From the human T2T-CHM13v2.0 reference genome, Homo sapiens, in the NCBI RefSeq assembly GCF_009914755.1, contig NC_060940.1: a stretch of DNA of 64,000 nucleotides. One strand, written 5' to 3'. Positions within the stretch are counted from its first letter, which is position 1. Every line of letters starts with the position of its first letter. The position numbers and the translations under genes were made by a program. This document shows, one piece after another, positions 1 through 48,050 of the stretch. The notes beneath the pieces were generated by a model, which saw nothing but the letters and a program-made list of their open reading frames with translations, did no database searches and was not told the origin of the DNA.

Positions 1-507
1 CTCCATCACAGCGCGGGCGCGCAGACGGGGCTGGCATCTACCATATGGGGGGCATCCGGGCCGAACCAAGTGACCCGCGTGGGGGGTCCCGCTGGGGACT
101 CCGTGCCGCACCCTCCCAAGCCGGCCCCAGGGGCCCAGGGCTGGTGTCGCACGTTCGCTGGCCGCGCTCCCAGGGCCCGGGTTTGAAGGCGCTGGGCAGG
201 CAGGGGCAGCCCCGCCCCCTGAGAAGGGTACCCGGGACCCCGGGGCGCTGGGGCGAGGTTTTCGGGCTGGAAGGGTCTGAGGGGCTCCTCCCCCGACAGC
301 CCTCCCACCGCCAGTAGAGCCTCGGGTTGGGGAATAGAAGCCCCCGGGAGGCTAGGTCCTTTGGGCGCGGCCTGTGTGCATCTGGGGAGACGGTGGGAGT
401 GGTGGGGAGAGGTCGCCCGGGTCTGGGGAGACCGATGCACAGGTGGAGAGATGGTGCGGGTTCTGTGGATTCGGATCCTTACAACTTCCTCTTCCCCGCC
501 CCGGTAG

Positions 508-567
508 ATGGGAGCTGCTCTCCGCGGGCTGAGCCTGTCAGCATCCTCGACGCACCCTGGTCCCTGA
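508..567 (+). other. Upstream ORF in BCKDK 5' UTR (MGAALRGLSLSASSTHPGP*, 19 aa)
   Basis: ATG at 508-510 directly follows a pyrimidine tract and AG (506-507) and has G at +4. In-frame TGA is at 565-567, 117 nt before the main ATG at 685. Confidence 0.6.
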
Positions 568-684
568 AGTCGGAGAAGAGCCCCTACCCACCCACACCCC
601 CTTGCCCCATTTTGGGTCGCCTGGGTCCTCAGTCCTAGCGGATCCTCAGTCCTAGCGGCCACCGGGTCTGAAAGGAGCAAGACG

Positions 685-3726
<3,042 letters not shown>

Positions 3727-4003
3727 CCCCACAGCCTTTGGCCTGCTCACCCGACCAGCCTGGGCCGCATTCCCTGCAGGACCTCCCGGGTCAGGCAGGG
3801 CGGCCCCCTGCTCCACACACTGCTGCATCTTGGGTCTCAGGGACCCAGACAGATGGACTTACATGGAGCTGGGCACTGCCCTGCCTCAACAGGGTCCATT
3901 GCCTCCTCGCCTCCAGAACTTGGAGCAGGGAAGTGGGCACCCTGAGGCCTCCAGCACCAGTTCCGTCATTCTCGTTCCTGGGGAACCCCCACTCTGACCT
4001 GTT

Positions 4004-4009
4004 ATTAAA
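4004..4009 (+). terminator. BCKDK polyadenylation signal (ATTAAA)
   Basis: ATTAAA about 280 nt after the stop, followed by GT/T-rich downstream sequence. Confidence 0.7.
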
Positions 4010-4944
4010 GTTCACATTTTGAATGCCCTCTCGGGCCCCGTGTGTGGGGAGGGCAGGTGAACTTTTGTTTCTGCCCCCATTCAGGTTCACTGAGCCCTTG
4101 GGTTGAACTGGTTCGTGTCCCAGTCTCTTACCTGCCCTGAGAGCCTGGCAGGCCAGGAGTAGAATGGGTCCCAAGTCTGTTGCATGTTTGATTTGGTGGG
4201 AGTGGGATGACTGCAGCACCTTATACAAAGAGCTTTCATTCATCTTGTTGAACAAATGTTTCCGGGTCCCAGATAATATTGAAGGCCCAGACTGACCCAG
4301 CTTCGGGCATCAGTTTTGACTCTTCCTTTCCTGGCAGTCACAGTTTCTAGAGGTGAAGGTCACCAGACTGGGCAAACTCCTGAGCCAACTGCTTCCCAAG
4401 CCTGAGTAGGTTAAAAATACTGTGTCTGCTGCTGCCAAGGAAAAGAACATACAAGGTTGTGCCTTGGCAGGCCCTAGCAGGGACTGGGTGCCCCACTGCA
4501 AGGAAAGGTGGGGCCCTGATAGAAAGGACCAAGGATTTGGGCAAAGATATCAGGTAGGCTCAAGGTTAGACCTGAATCAGAACTCCAGATGACATCTTAG
4601 GTAGGAACACCCTACCCACCTTGCCAGGGAAGAAAGGCCTAAGGGCGGCCTGGTGGGGCTGGGAGGAGAACTGGAAAGTTCTCTTGCCTTCACATGTGAG
4701 CTCCCACAGCAAACTTCCTGAGGCTGGCTCTAGGCCTGTACCATCTCCTACCCTTCACGGGGATGGAGGGGAAGTTGTATGTGGAAGCCAAATGGCAGGG
4801 GCTAGGAAACCACAGTGACTTGCTAGACTGAAAAATCCCGCCAGCTGCAAGGCAGGGTGCTGAGGCTGGAGAGGCAGGCAGCAGTCAGAGGCCAGGGCCC
4901 TGAAACATGGGATTTATCTTGAGCCATAGGGATCCATGGGTGAG

Positions 4945-8880
<3,936 letters not shown>

Positions 8881-8938
8881 AAAAAGGTTGAGTTGAGTCA
8901 TCGCATGAGGTAAGTCTGTCTCCTCTCCTCACCCATAG

Positions 8939-22740
<13,802 letters not shown>

Positions 22741-22821
22741 GCAGCCTGGCCCCTGCTGTCGGACCTGAGCCTCCTGGCTCCCAGCCTGTAAATATGTATA
22801 GACCTGTTTTGTCATTTTTTT

Positions 22822-22827
22822 AATAAA
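22822..22827 (+). terminator. KAT8 polyadenylation signal (AATAAA)
   Basis: AATAAA 82 nt after the KAT8 stop, preceded by TGTA motifs and a T tract. Confidence 0.85.
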
Positions 22828-22927
22828 GTCAGTTCTGGTGGCCCTGGACTTTGGAGGGGAAGGGGAGGCCAAGAGCGGATGTTCTTCATTTCACTTCACA
22901 CATGCACGGCAAGTTGTGCTCAAACAT

Positions 22928-22933
22928 TTTAAT
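22928..22933 (-). terminator. Probable PRSS8 polyadenylation signal (ATTAAA on minus)
   Basis: tttaat on plus. It is the first canonical-type hexamer I found downstream of the PRSS8 stop. Confidence 0.55.
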
Positions 22934-23489
22934 CATTTCTGCCCTGTTACTCCCACCCCAGATCCAAGCGCCAGCCCAGTTCCGGTGGGGGCTCAGTCCT
23001 CCGGAGTCCAGGAGTCAGGGCTCGGGGGCGCTCAGCGGCCAGTGGGCAAGATTGGGGCCTTTCCTGTCCTCGAAGCTGCACAAAGGTGGCCCCAGCCCAG
23101 AACACAGGGAGAGGGCAGAGAGATGTGCTCATCAGTCTGGGCAGGCGGGCCGGGAGCAGTCTTCCAGAAACAGGTGGGAGCCAGGGCTCATTTTCATAGC
23201 CAAGGGTCCCAGGAGCTCCCCAGGAGCTCGGCCAATGGGCTGGTCCATGGTGGGTGAGGGGCCAGAGGCTCTGGCCATTGCTACAGGCAGTAAAACTCCT
23301 GACTCTCAGTGATGGTCCCAAAAAGCACACCCAGAAGAATGGGCTCAAAGATCAAGATGGGGCCCCAGCCTCCCGCAGAGTCCTGAAGGAAGGAGTGGCT
23401 CAAGTCAGGCCCTGGGTCCAAAGGCCATCAGGGAAGGACCAGGCTCCTGTCCTTGAGTGTGATGCATCCATCCTGGAAGTAGGGCCAGC

Positions 23490-26400
23490 TCAGTGCTCGC
23501 TGAGCCATGGGGAGAGGAGGCCCAGAGCCAGGCCCAGAGGCAGGAAAAGGATGGGCCTCAGCAAGCCCTGGGCTGGGGCAGAGCTGAAGGCCAGGTGGCT
23601 GCCACAGAGGTTGCTGTCGGGCTGGGACTCCTGGGTTTGGGGCACCACACGAGGCTGGAGTTCTGTCACCTTGCTTTGGATCCAGGAGGCATAGCTGGAG
23701 GCCAGAGTGTACACACCAGGCCTGTTGCGGGCCCCACAGGCATCTCCCCAGCTCACAATGCCCGTCAGGTACCAGAGACCCTCCACAGGGCAGGAGAGTG
23801 GGCCCCCAGAGTCACCCTGAGGAGAGAAGCCACACAGCAGCCATCAGGACCGGGCCAGGCCTCCTTTCCGAAGTTGCACTGGTCATCTGCCCCCCGGGCC
23901 TGTGCTTACCTGGCAGGCGTCCTTGCCCCCCTCCACATAGCCAGCACACACCATGTCCTCTTGGACAAAGTGCGGCTCCTCAGGCTTGGCGTCGATGTTG
24001 TACAGGCAGTTACACGTCTCACGACTGATCAGAGGCACCTCGAGTTGCTGCAGTGGCTTGGGCGTCAGGAGGCTCACTGTGGGGGTAAAAGAGGCTTACC
24101 CTGGGCCCCTCCCCAAGTCAGGTGCCCCTCCACACCTCTAGGCACCCAGCGTTCCACCTCACCTGAGGGGGCCACATGACCCCAGCCAGTGACAGTGCAG
24201 TGGAGGCCGTTGGGGAAGGAGGCGTTGGCTGCAGGGAGGCAGATGGGCCGGATGTAGCGGGAGAAGGTGATGGGTCTGCTGAGTTGGAGGAGTGCAATGT
24301 CGCCCTGGGAGCCCTCCTGGAGGTAGCTGGGGTGGGGGATGATGTCCTTCAGGGTGCTGACCTTGGCGTCCTCGGAGTAGGAGTCTAGCTGGTGGGCCCC
24401 CAGCTTGACCTCATAGGCTTCCTTGTGGTGCTCGCTGCAGGCAGGGGGCAAAGGCTGAGACCCAGGAGACCTCTCCTTGTTCCCCAACCCCCACTGCCAA
24501 CCCCTGATTCCGATCAGCCCCTTTTAGGTCTCAAATTGCACCTTAGTTTTATCATGTAACCTCTGACCCCTCACCTTCACTCCTAACTGGTCCTTCCAGA
24601 CTTAGAACTGACACTCTCAGACCCAACCCAAGAACCCCAACCTCTGACCTGGATTGACCCATTAACTTTGACCTCCAGCCCACTTTTGACTTTCACCATT
24701 TGGTACCTGGGGAAGCAGTGAGCAGCTGACAGCACCCACTGCTCAGACACGAGAGAGCCACCACACACATGGACGCCTTCATAGGTGATGCTGACCTGCC
24801 AGGGCCACTGACCGGCGACTGCACTGCTGCCACCTGTGATGCGTGCTTGGGGGGCCACACCGCAGGGAGCTGCCCAGGGAGGAAGGGAAGGGGTCAGGTT
24901 GTTAGCCTGGCCACTCCTATGCAGCCCAGGAGCTCTGATATAGAGCTTGGGAAGTGGGTTCACAGGAGTCAACACCCCTTTGTCCCCTCCCAGGCATGGG
25001 CAGTTGTGCCCCTTCTGTCCACTACCCATTACCTAATTCAGGTCTCATGGCAGCTTCTCTCCTTGCAAGCCTTCCATCCATCCCGCCCCTTACAAGTCTG
25101 AAGATTTTCATAAACCCCCAATCTGACCAGGCCACAGCCCTGCTTAAACCCTTCTTGGCTCCACGCGGTCCTTAAGATACATTCCAGACAGACCATGGCA
25201 CCGCCATCGGACCCAGCCGTCCCCTCTGGACCCTTCAGTTGTGTACATCAGGCCACACACTTGTTTACCCGGGACCTTGGCTGATCCAGGTCACTCTACC
25301 TGGTATGCCCTTCCCCATCCTTACTGTCTGGCAAACTTCCCTTTGCCTGTGGATGCTTGATTGGAACAGCAGCCCCTCCGTAGACAGGCGGGCTTCTGCT
25401 GGCTGAGTTGGGCATTGCCTCCGAGCCCAGCACCCCCCAACCTCCACCATGCTCCCCGATGCTGCCCAGTCTCACAATTGTTCCGGAGTCCACAACTGTG
25501 TCTGTTTCCACCACACCAATCTGGGCATTCCCTAGGGGCAGATTCTCATGTCTGCAGTGCCTGTGGCGTCGTGGACATATATTCAACAAACCAACAGCAG
25601 AACTGGGCTCCTGTGATGTGAATGTCTAGTTTCCAGGACAGCCCCAGCCCCACCCCCATTGAGGCCACTTTGGAGTGGAGCCCAACTGCTCTTCACAAAG
25701 TCATCTAGGAGCAGAGAAAATTGCAGACCAGATCTTTCTCTCCCTTATCATCATGACAATAGCCACTATTTAGAGAGCCTAGCGGCTGTGCCAGGCCCTG
25801 GAGGGGCTTTCGCTTCCTCATCTCCCTGCATCCTCTCCACAGCCCCAGGAGACGGACATGACCAGCTTCATTTTAGAGGTGAGGAGTCTAAGGCTTAGAG
25901 AAGTGGGGGGACTTGGCCAATGACACACAGCCAGTGCATGGGGAAGCCAGGATTGAAAGCCGGTCTGACTCAGAGCTGGGTTGGGTGCCTTCCAAGAAAG
26001 GAGACCCTTGGTTTGGTTCCCTCAAAACCACCTCCAGGACGGGAACGGTGGCTCACACCTGTAATCCCAGCACTTTGAGAGGCCAAGGCAGGAGGATCGC
26101 TTGAGCCCAGGAGTTCAAGACCTGCCCGGCCAACATAGTGAGACCCACATCTCTACCAAACAAAAACAAAAACAAAAACAAAACACAACTAGCTGGGTGT
26201 GATGGCATGCACCTGTAGTCCCAGCCACTAGGGAGGCTGAGGTGGGGAGGTGGGAGGATCACGTGAGCCCGGGAGGCTGGATCACTGAGACTGCAGTGAG
26301 CTGCGATCGGGCCACTGCACTCCAGCCTGGGTGACGACAGACCCAGACCCTGTTTCAAAAGACAAAAACCAAACCAAAAAAACCACCTCGATTGCCCCAC

Positions 26401-26979
26401 TTTGGGAGTCAGACGTGGATCTGAATCCCAGCTGCACCTTCACTGGCAGTGTGCCCTGGGCAAGTCCCTGCTTCTCTGCCCATAAGGTGAGGGCTAAAAC
26501 CCCCCACTCTGGGAGCCCTAAGAGAATCTAGTTGGAAGGCAGCCCAGCTGAAGGCCAGGCACTGGTTAAACCCCAGGGGAATCCGATCCAAGTCACCTCC
26601 CCCTCCCCTCCTCCCTCTCCGAGGAAAGTCTCACCTTCTGCCCCTTCCGCTCCTAGAAAGAAAGAGAAAGAGGAGGGGTGAGTAGGGAAGACTCGGGTTC
26701 CCTGACCCCTTAGTACCCACCACTGCTCCAGAGGGCTGGCCCCTTCCCTGACAGAGCCAAGGTGGGAAAGAGAGGCCAAGAGCTAGGGAGGCCGGGGGTT
26801 TTCTTGGGCCCCAGACAAGGGCACACCCCAGAAAATGATCACGCCGGCTCCCTCCAGTGCATTGTCCCCACCCTGCCCCCACGTCCTCACTTACCTGTCC
26901 CCGACCGGAGTAATCCAAGATAGAGCAGAATGGCCACAGCCCCCAGCTGCCCAGGCCCCAGGACCCCCTTCTGGGCCAT
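23490..26979 (-). CDS. PRSS8: Prostasin, GPI-anchored trypsin-like serine protease (343 aa)
   Basis: Exons (minus) 26979-26895, 26652-26635, 24869-24707, 24434-24163, 24076-23910, 23816-23490, total 1032 nt. Signal peptide [10 protein letters not shown]..., activation site QAR|ITGG, triad SAAHC / GDIALL / GDSGGP, hydrophobic C-terminus. Confidence 0.98.
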
Positions 26980-27336
26980 GGCCCAGGACAAGGGCCCCTG
27001 GGGCAGACTCCAGGCACGCAAGGTAGGAAGCCTTGGGGTGGTGTCGAAGGCAGGACCCAGATGTTGGCTCAGAGGGAAGGATCCCAGAATCCGGGCTGGA
27101 AAGGGGCAGCAAGTGTCCAAGGCTGGCCTCTAAGGCAGGGAGCGGCCGCAACGGGAGACGCCTGGAGTATCCGAAGCGAGCAGTGTGGACGAGTCACCAG
27201 CACCGTCTGGCCACGCAGGGTCCTCCCAGGAGTGGCTGCACCTACCTGCCCGCCCCTCCCCTGGCCCCGCCCACTGGCTGGGCTCCGCCAGCTCCTCTTG
27301 CCACCAAAGTCATGAGTCCTTTCAGAGCTGCAGGCC

Positions 27337-27600
27337 CGTGTGTGTGCATGTATGTGTCCGTGTGTATGTGTGTGCACATGCATAGGCCTTTTGTGTGTGT
27401 GTCCCGGTGTGTAGTGTGTATATGGTGTGTGTGTATGCCTGTGTAGGCTGTGTGTGTCCTCTTATGTGGTGTGGTATGTGTGTGTGTGTGCATGTACAGG
27501 CTGTATGTGCACATGTGTAGGCTGTGTGTGTCCCTGTGTGTGTAGTGTGTGTGTCTGAGTGTGCGTGCATGCACGTGCATGTGGTTTGTGTGTGTGTGCA
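27337..27600. repeat. Degenerate (TG)n alternating purine-pyrimidine tract upstream of PRSS8
   Basis: About 260 bp of interrupted GT/TG repeats next to GC boxes at ~27248-27272. Confidence 0.9.
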
Positions 27601-27979
27601 GTCTCCCTGGAATGTGACGACTCTCCTCCGCCTCAGGTCTTTCAGGTTATCTCAGGCCAGTTATGCCCCCCAGGGCCTGGCCCCAGCTTTTATTATCTGG
27701 AGCCACAACCACTCCTCCCTTCTTCCCTCCCTCCTTAGGCTGGTTATGGGAGCTTAAGACACTATGGTCTGTCCCCTGCCAGGCCCTTTCTGCGATGCCT
27801 GCACCTCATGGGTGGTGGCGAGCTTGTGGAGCAGCACCAATCATCCCACAGACATTTCCTAAGTGCCTATGATGTTCCCAGGTGTCCAGGACAAAACAGG
27901 CACCAGCCCCGTCCCCCTTGAGCCCTGAGCTCATGGTGAAGTAGGGGTGACACACTTCAATCAAATAATCACAAACAGG

Positions 27980-29747
<1,768 letters not shown>

Positions 29748-30419
29748 TTACTTTTTAATTGTAGATTCATTGGCTGGAAACCACCTTCCCTTTTTCTGTG
29801 CTCAAACATCACTGCTATGACATCTTCCCAATCCCAGCCAGGGATGTCCACATGTGTCCCCACTAGATTGGGAGGACTTTGTGGGCTTATATATCAGACC
29901 CCAATTGTGCCACGACTTAGTAGCCACCAGGGAACACGGGTTGAATGAATGCAGGGAGGTGCAGGTAAGCAGTGGGTAAGGGAGTGAGGTTCACATATAA
30001 GGGACCCAAGTTCTGGGCAGAATGTGAAAGTGGCAGACCCTTGAAGGGCCCAAGTGTTGTGTGTGTGCAGGGGATACATCGGAGCATTGTGCATTGAGGT
30101 GTGTCTATGGCGGGCAGCGAGGGCAGCGGGTCTGAGCAGGGGATGAGATGTCCAGCACGTGCCGAGGGTGCTGACTCCACTGGGCAGGTGACACACAGCC
30201 AGCTGGCCACCCGACTTCCCTGCCCTGGGACAGGAATGAAGGAATCGCTGCCAGGTTATCAGGGTACATTTCCTGAGAGCCCAAGGCCTGACTCAGAGGC
30301 CGGAGGAGGGAGGAGGGAGGGGACCTCCCCCTTGGGCTTCCCGCTTAGCCTCTGATGCCCAGCCCCTCAGCCTGCCCACGGCGATGCCACAAGGCCACAC
30401 AGGTACCTGTGTTTACACC

Positions 30420-30425
30420 TTTATT
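30420..30425 (-). terminator. PRSS36 polyadenylation signal (AATAAA on minus)
   Basis: tttatt on plus, about 195 nt beyond the PRSS36 stop. Confidence 0.8.
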
Positions 30426-30618
30426 GTCCGCTCCTCCCACCACCCCCAAGGATTCCTGGGTTCAAAATAGCCCGGGCACTGAGGCCCAATTAGCCAGAGC
30501 CGCTGCAATCTCGGTGGGTGGGGCCCTTGAGGTTCCAGCCGGCTGGGCCACATTCCAGCCCCACTGGGCGGGAAGTAGAGGGTGGAGAAGGGGGAAGTGG
30601 TGCTGGGACCCTAGCCCC

Positions 30619-41514
<10,896 letters not shown>

Positions 41515-42396
41515 GGCGCTAGAGTCAGCGGAGGCAGAGCCAAGTGAAGGTCTGCTCCCTGCAGGGCTCTGTCACTGCCCAGGCAGCCCGTGACTCCTGA
41601 TGGTCCCAGGGGCAGCCCCACCCTCCCTGGCTGGAGCCCATCTCTGGGAATCTGAGAGGATCTGGGGCTGGAAGGGGGAAGCTGGGGAGCCTGAAGGCCC
41701 CACCCAGAGCCCTGCGCACATCTCATGTCTCTGGAGGCCCAGGGTGGGGGTGGAGGACAGGTGTCCTAGCTCCTGGACACCTGTTGGGTGGGAGAGGGAG
41801 GGATGAAAAACACTGCAGGCAAAGGTCAAAGAGGAGGACAGTGTTCTGTGTCCTTGGTGAGCAGTGGCCCTTAGGACAGGGGAAGTGGCCCCTCACGGGC
41901 ATGACTCATCGGAGACCTCACCTCTGTTTGGGGTGCGGCTGCCCCAGTGGCTTGGCCTTTTCTTCTCACACAGCTCTGGTTACTGGAGCTGCTGGCCAGG
42001 TCTGGGACAGGAGCCCTAGGGAATTCAATCCCATCCCAACAAAAGGATCACAGATTCCAGCAGGTTGGGCAGGGCATAGGGACCCTGGGAGGGGGCTGGG
42101 CAGGCTGGCGAGGCTGAAAAAGCCTCCACCCTGCTCTATGTTCCAGTGACAATGCTCTTAGCTGCCCTGTCACTTACTCTGTGTGACTTTGGGAAAGTAA
42201 CCCAACCTCTTGGTGTGTATCAGTAAGAGCCAGTTTAAGGGACATATGACTTGGCCGAGCACGGTGGCTCACTCCTGTGATCCTAACACTCTGGGAGACT
42301 GAGGTGGGAGGATTGCTTGAGGCTAGGAGTTCAAGACCAGCCTGGTCAACATAGCAAGACCCCATCTCTACAAAAAATTAAAAAATACAAAAATTA

Positions 42397-42612
<216 letters not shown>

Positions 42613-44677
42613 TCAAAGAGGAGTTGAAGAGAGTTTAAGGAAGAAACTATTTATAGAAGTGTAGGCAGGGTCAAAGGAAACCAAAGAGGCTGGGTGGCTC
42701 ACGGCTGTAATCCCAGCACTTTGGTAGGCCGAGGCGGGCAGATCACCTGAGGTCAGGAGTTCAAGACCAGCCTGGCTAACTTGGAGAAGCCCCATCTATA
42801 CTAAAAATACAAAAATTAGCCGAGTGTGGTGGAACTCACCTGTAATCCCACCTATTAGGGAGGCTGAGGCAGATAAAAATGCTTGAACCCAGGACGTGGA
42901 GGTTGCAGTGAGCCAAGATAGCGCCGTTGCACTCTAGCCTGGGTGACAAGAGCGAACTCCGTCTCACAAAAAAAAAAAAAAAAAGGAAACCAAAGAGGGA
43001 TGGTAACGCATCCTGGGGCCAGCAATAATAGAGAGCCCTTGCTACCTGCTGGCCTGAAGAGGCAGAGAGGGGGCAGTTACTGGAACCCAGCAAGAGCTGC
43101 AGCTATGGAAGAGATAGCTGTTAGGAGCCGTGGCCTTCAATAGAGAAATGCAGCCTTTACCAGCAGAGAGGGAGTGGGGAAAGAAAAATCCCCATCTCAC
43201 TCTCATCTCATCCTCTCTATTTTTAATTAAACCAATTAAAAAATTTTAGAGACACGGTCTCACTCTGTCACCCAGGCTGGAGTGCAGTGCTGTGATTATA
43301 GCTCACTGTAACCTCGAATTCCTGGGCTTAAGCGATCCTCTGGCCTCAGCCTCCTGAGAAGCTGGGACTACAGGCACGCACCACCATACCCAGCTAATGT
43401 TTTTTATTTTTGTAGAGATGGGGTCTTATTATGTTGCCCAGGCTGGTCTCAAACTCCTGTCTCAAGCGATCTTGCTGCCTCAGTCTTCCAAAAGTGCTGG
43501 GATCCTCCCATCCTCTGATCACCCCCTGGCTCTTTTCATTGAAACCTCCCAGAGGCCAGAGTTCAAGGGAGACCATTATATGGTCCATAAAGGTCACTCT
43601 TAGGGAACAAATCAGGGTGGACAGCAGAAATGCAGGGTCAACCCAGGAATATTTACACATGTGTATCTATCTTCTTACTGATAATATCAATTAATAATAA
43701 TATTGGTCTATGAGTCTAGTTGCCCTAGAAAACAGGCCTAGGCAAAGCCTGCATGCTTGTGCTTAATTGGGAGGTGCAATCCCAGGGTGGCAAGATTGAG
43801 GGAAAATGAGAAGTGAGCAGGAAGAGGGAAAATGCAAATTCAGCCACCCAGCAACGGACTGGGCTCAATTGATAAACCTGCTAGCCTTAGCCTGTCCACA
43901 GGAAACGATGGAGGTAAATTGAGTCTTAACTTCAGATTTCTTAACAATGAGAGCCTCCTCAGGCATTTGTTTAACTTGCTGCTTGGGTAGCTATTTGCCC
44001 TTCAAAGGATAAATAACCAATCATTTAACCAAAACTCAGAAAAATGAGGTAATGGGCAAAGGTAGGAAAGAAGAGAGTGCAAGTGTCATTGACGCAAAAC
44101 ATGCACGCCCTGGAGACCCTCACCGATACATTGCTTGCTCCAATTTAGTGGTTAATAAACATTTTGGAGCTGGGCGCGGTGGCTCATGCTGGTAATCCCA
44201 GCACTTTGGGAGGCCGAGGCAGGTGGATCATGAGGTCAGGAGTTCAAGACCAGCAGCCTGGCCAACATGGTAAAACCCTATCTCTACTCAAAATTAAAAA
44301 ATTAGCTGGGCATGGTGGCATGTGCCTGTAATCCCAGCTACTCAGGAGGCTGAGACAGGAGAATGGCTTGAACCCAGGAGGCGGAGGTTGTGCTCAGCTG
44401 AAATCGCACCACTGCACTCCAGGCTGGGTGATAGAGTGAGACTCTGTCTCGAAATAAATAAATAAATAAATAAAATTTTGGGGCCAGGTGCAGTGGCTCA
44501 AGCCTGTACTAGTGCTTTGGGAGGCCAAGATGGGAGGATTGCTGGAGGCCAGGAGTTCTAGACCAACCTGGGCAGCATAACGCGATCCTGTGTGTGGTGG
44601 TGTGCACCTGTAGTCCCAGCTGCCCAGGGGTTTCTCCATGTTGGTCAGGCTGGTCTCAAACTCCTGACCTCAGGTGA

Positions 44678-44803
<126 letters not shown>

Positions 44804-44879
44804 TAGCACAGACGTTGGCCAGGCGCGGTGGCTCACGCCTGTAATCCTAGCAGTTTGGGAGGCCGAGGCAGGTGTATCA

Positions 44880-45265
<386 letters not shown>

Positions 45266-45560
45266 TTATGGTTTCACCACTCTAAGATGCCCTTGATTGC
45301 AACTAGCAGCCAAGGTAAGGAGGGAAGCTCAAGCAGGAGTCTCTCTCTTCCAGGTTCAAGGACAGAAAATAAATTTCTCCTTGGAGGAGCCAGGTGTGCC
45401 GGTGCATGCCTGTAGTCCCTGCTACTCTGGAGGCTGAGGTGGGGGGATCCCTTGGGCCCAGGAGTTCGAGTCCATTCTGGTTGGGAGATCATGTCTCTTT
45501 ACTTGGGTATAATAAAATCTTTCTTAACAACATCATGTGAAAAACAGCAAATAGTTTCAT

Positions 45561-45591
<31 letters not shown>

Positions 45592-45593
45592 GA

Positions 45594-45752
<159 letters not shown>

Positions 45753-45857
45753 TAGTGGAGACGGGTTTCCACCATGTTGGCCAGGCTGGTCTCAAATTCC
45801 TGACCTAAGGTGATCTGCGTGCCTTGGCCTCACAAAGTGCTGGGATTACAAGCATGA

Positions 45858-46067
<210 letters not shown>

Positions 46068-46368
46068 TGACACCATAAACAAACCACAGTCAATAAAATA
46101 AGGATATGTGGGTGGTGCCTCTGGGTAAGAAAGGTGATACATACGCAGTTCTCTACTGGTCTGACTAGTGGAGGGGGAAATGATAGGCGAACTAGTATTT
46201 TAGTTTTCCATTGCTGATGTAACAAATTCCCATATACTCAGTGGATTAAAACAATACCAACTTATTATGTTACAATTTCAAAGATTAGAAGTCTGGCACG
46301 GGGCCGGGTGTGGTGGCTCACGTCTGTAATCCATCCCAGCACTTTGGGAGGCTGAGGTGGGCAGATCA

Positions 46369-46656
<288 letters not shown>

Positions 46657-46789
46657 TCATGCCTTGTAATCCCAGCACTTTGGGAGGCTGAGGCGAGAGC
46701 ATCACTTGAGCTCAGGAGCTTGAGACCAGCCTGGAAAACATAGTGAAAACTTCATCTCTATTCCTAAAAATAAAAATTAAGAAAAGATA

Positions 46790-47640
<851 letters not shown>

Positions 47641-47813
47641 CTTAGCTAGAGATGCTGAGGTGGGAGGATCTCTTGAGCCCAGGAGTTTTGAGACTAGCTT
47701 GGGCAGCATAATGAGACCCCATCTCTAAAAAAAAAAAAAAAAAAAAAGTTTACACCTGTATCCCAGCACTTTGTGGGGCCAAGGCGGGTATATCCCCTGA
47801 GGTTGGGAGTTCA

Positions 47814-48050
<237 letters not shown>

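Noticed and set aside
23254-24179. Plus-strand ORFs of 146 and 228 aa
   Set aside because: Antisense shadows of PRSS8 exons and 3' UTR.
26980-27120. In-frame N-terminal extension of PRSS8
   Set aside because: Starts at TTG rather than ATG. The ATG at 26979 has strong context and begins the signal peptide.
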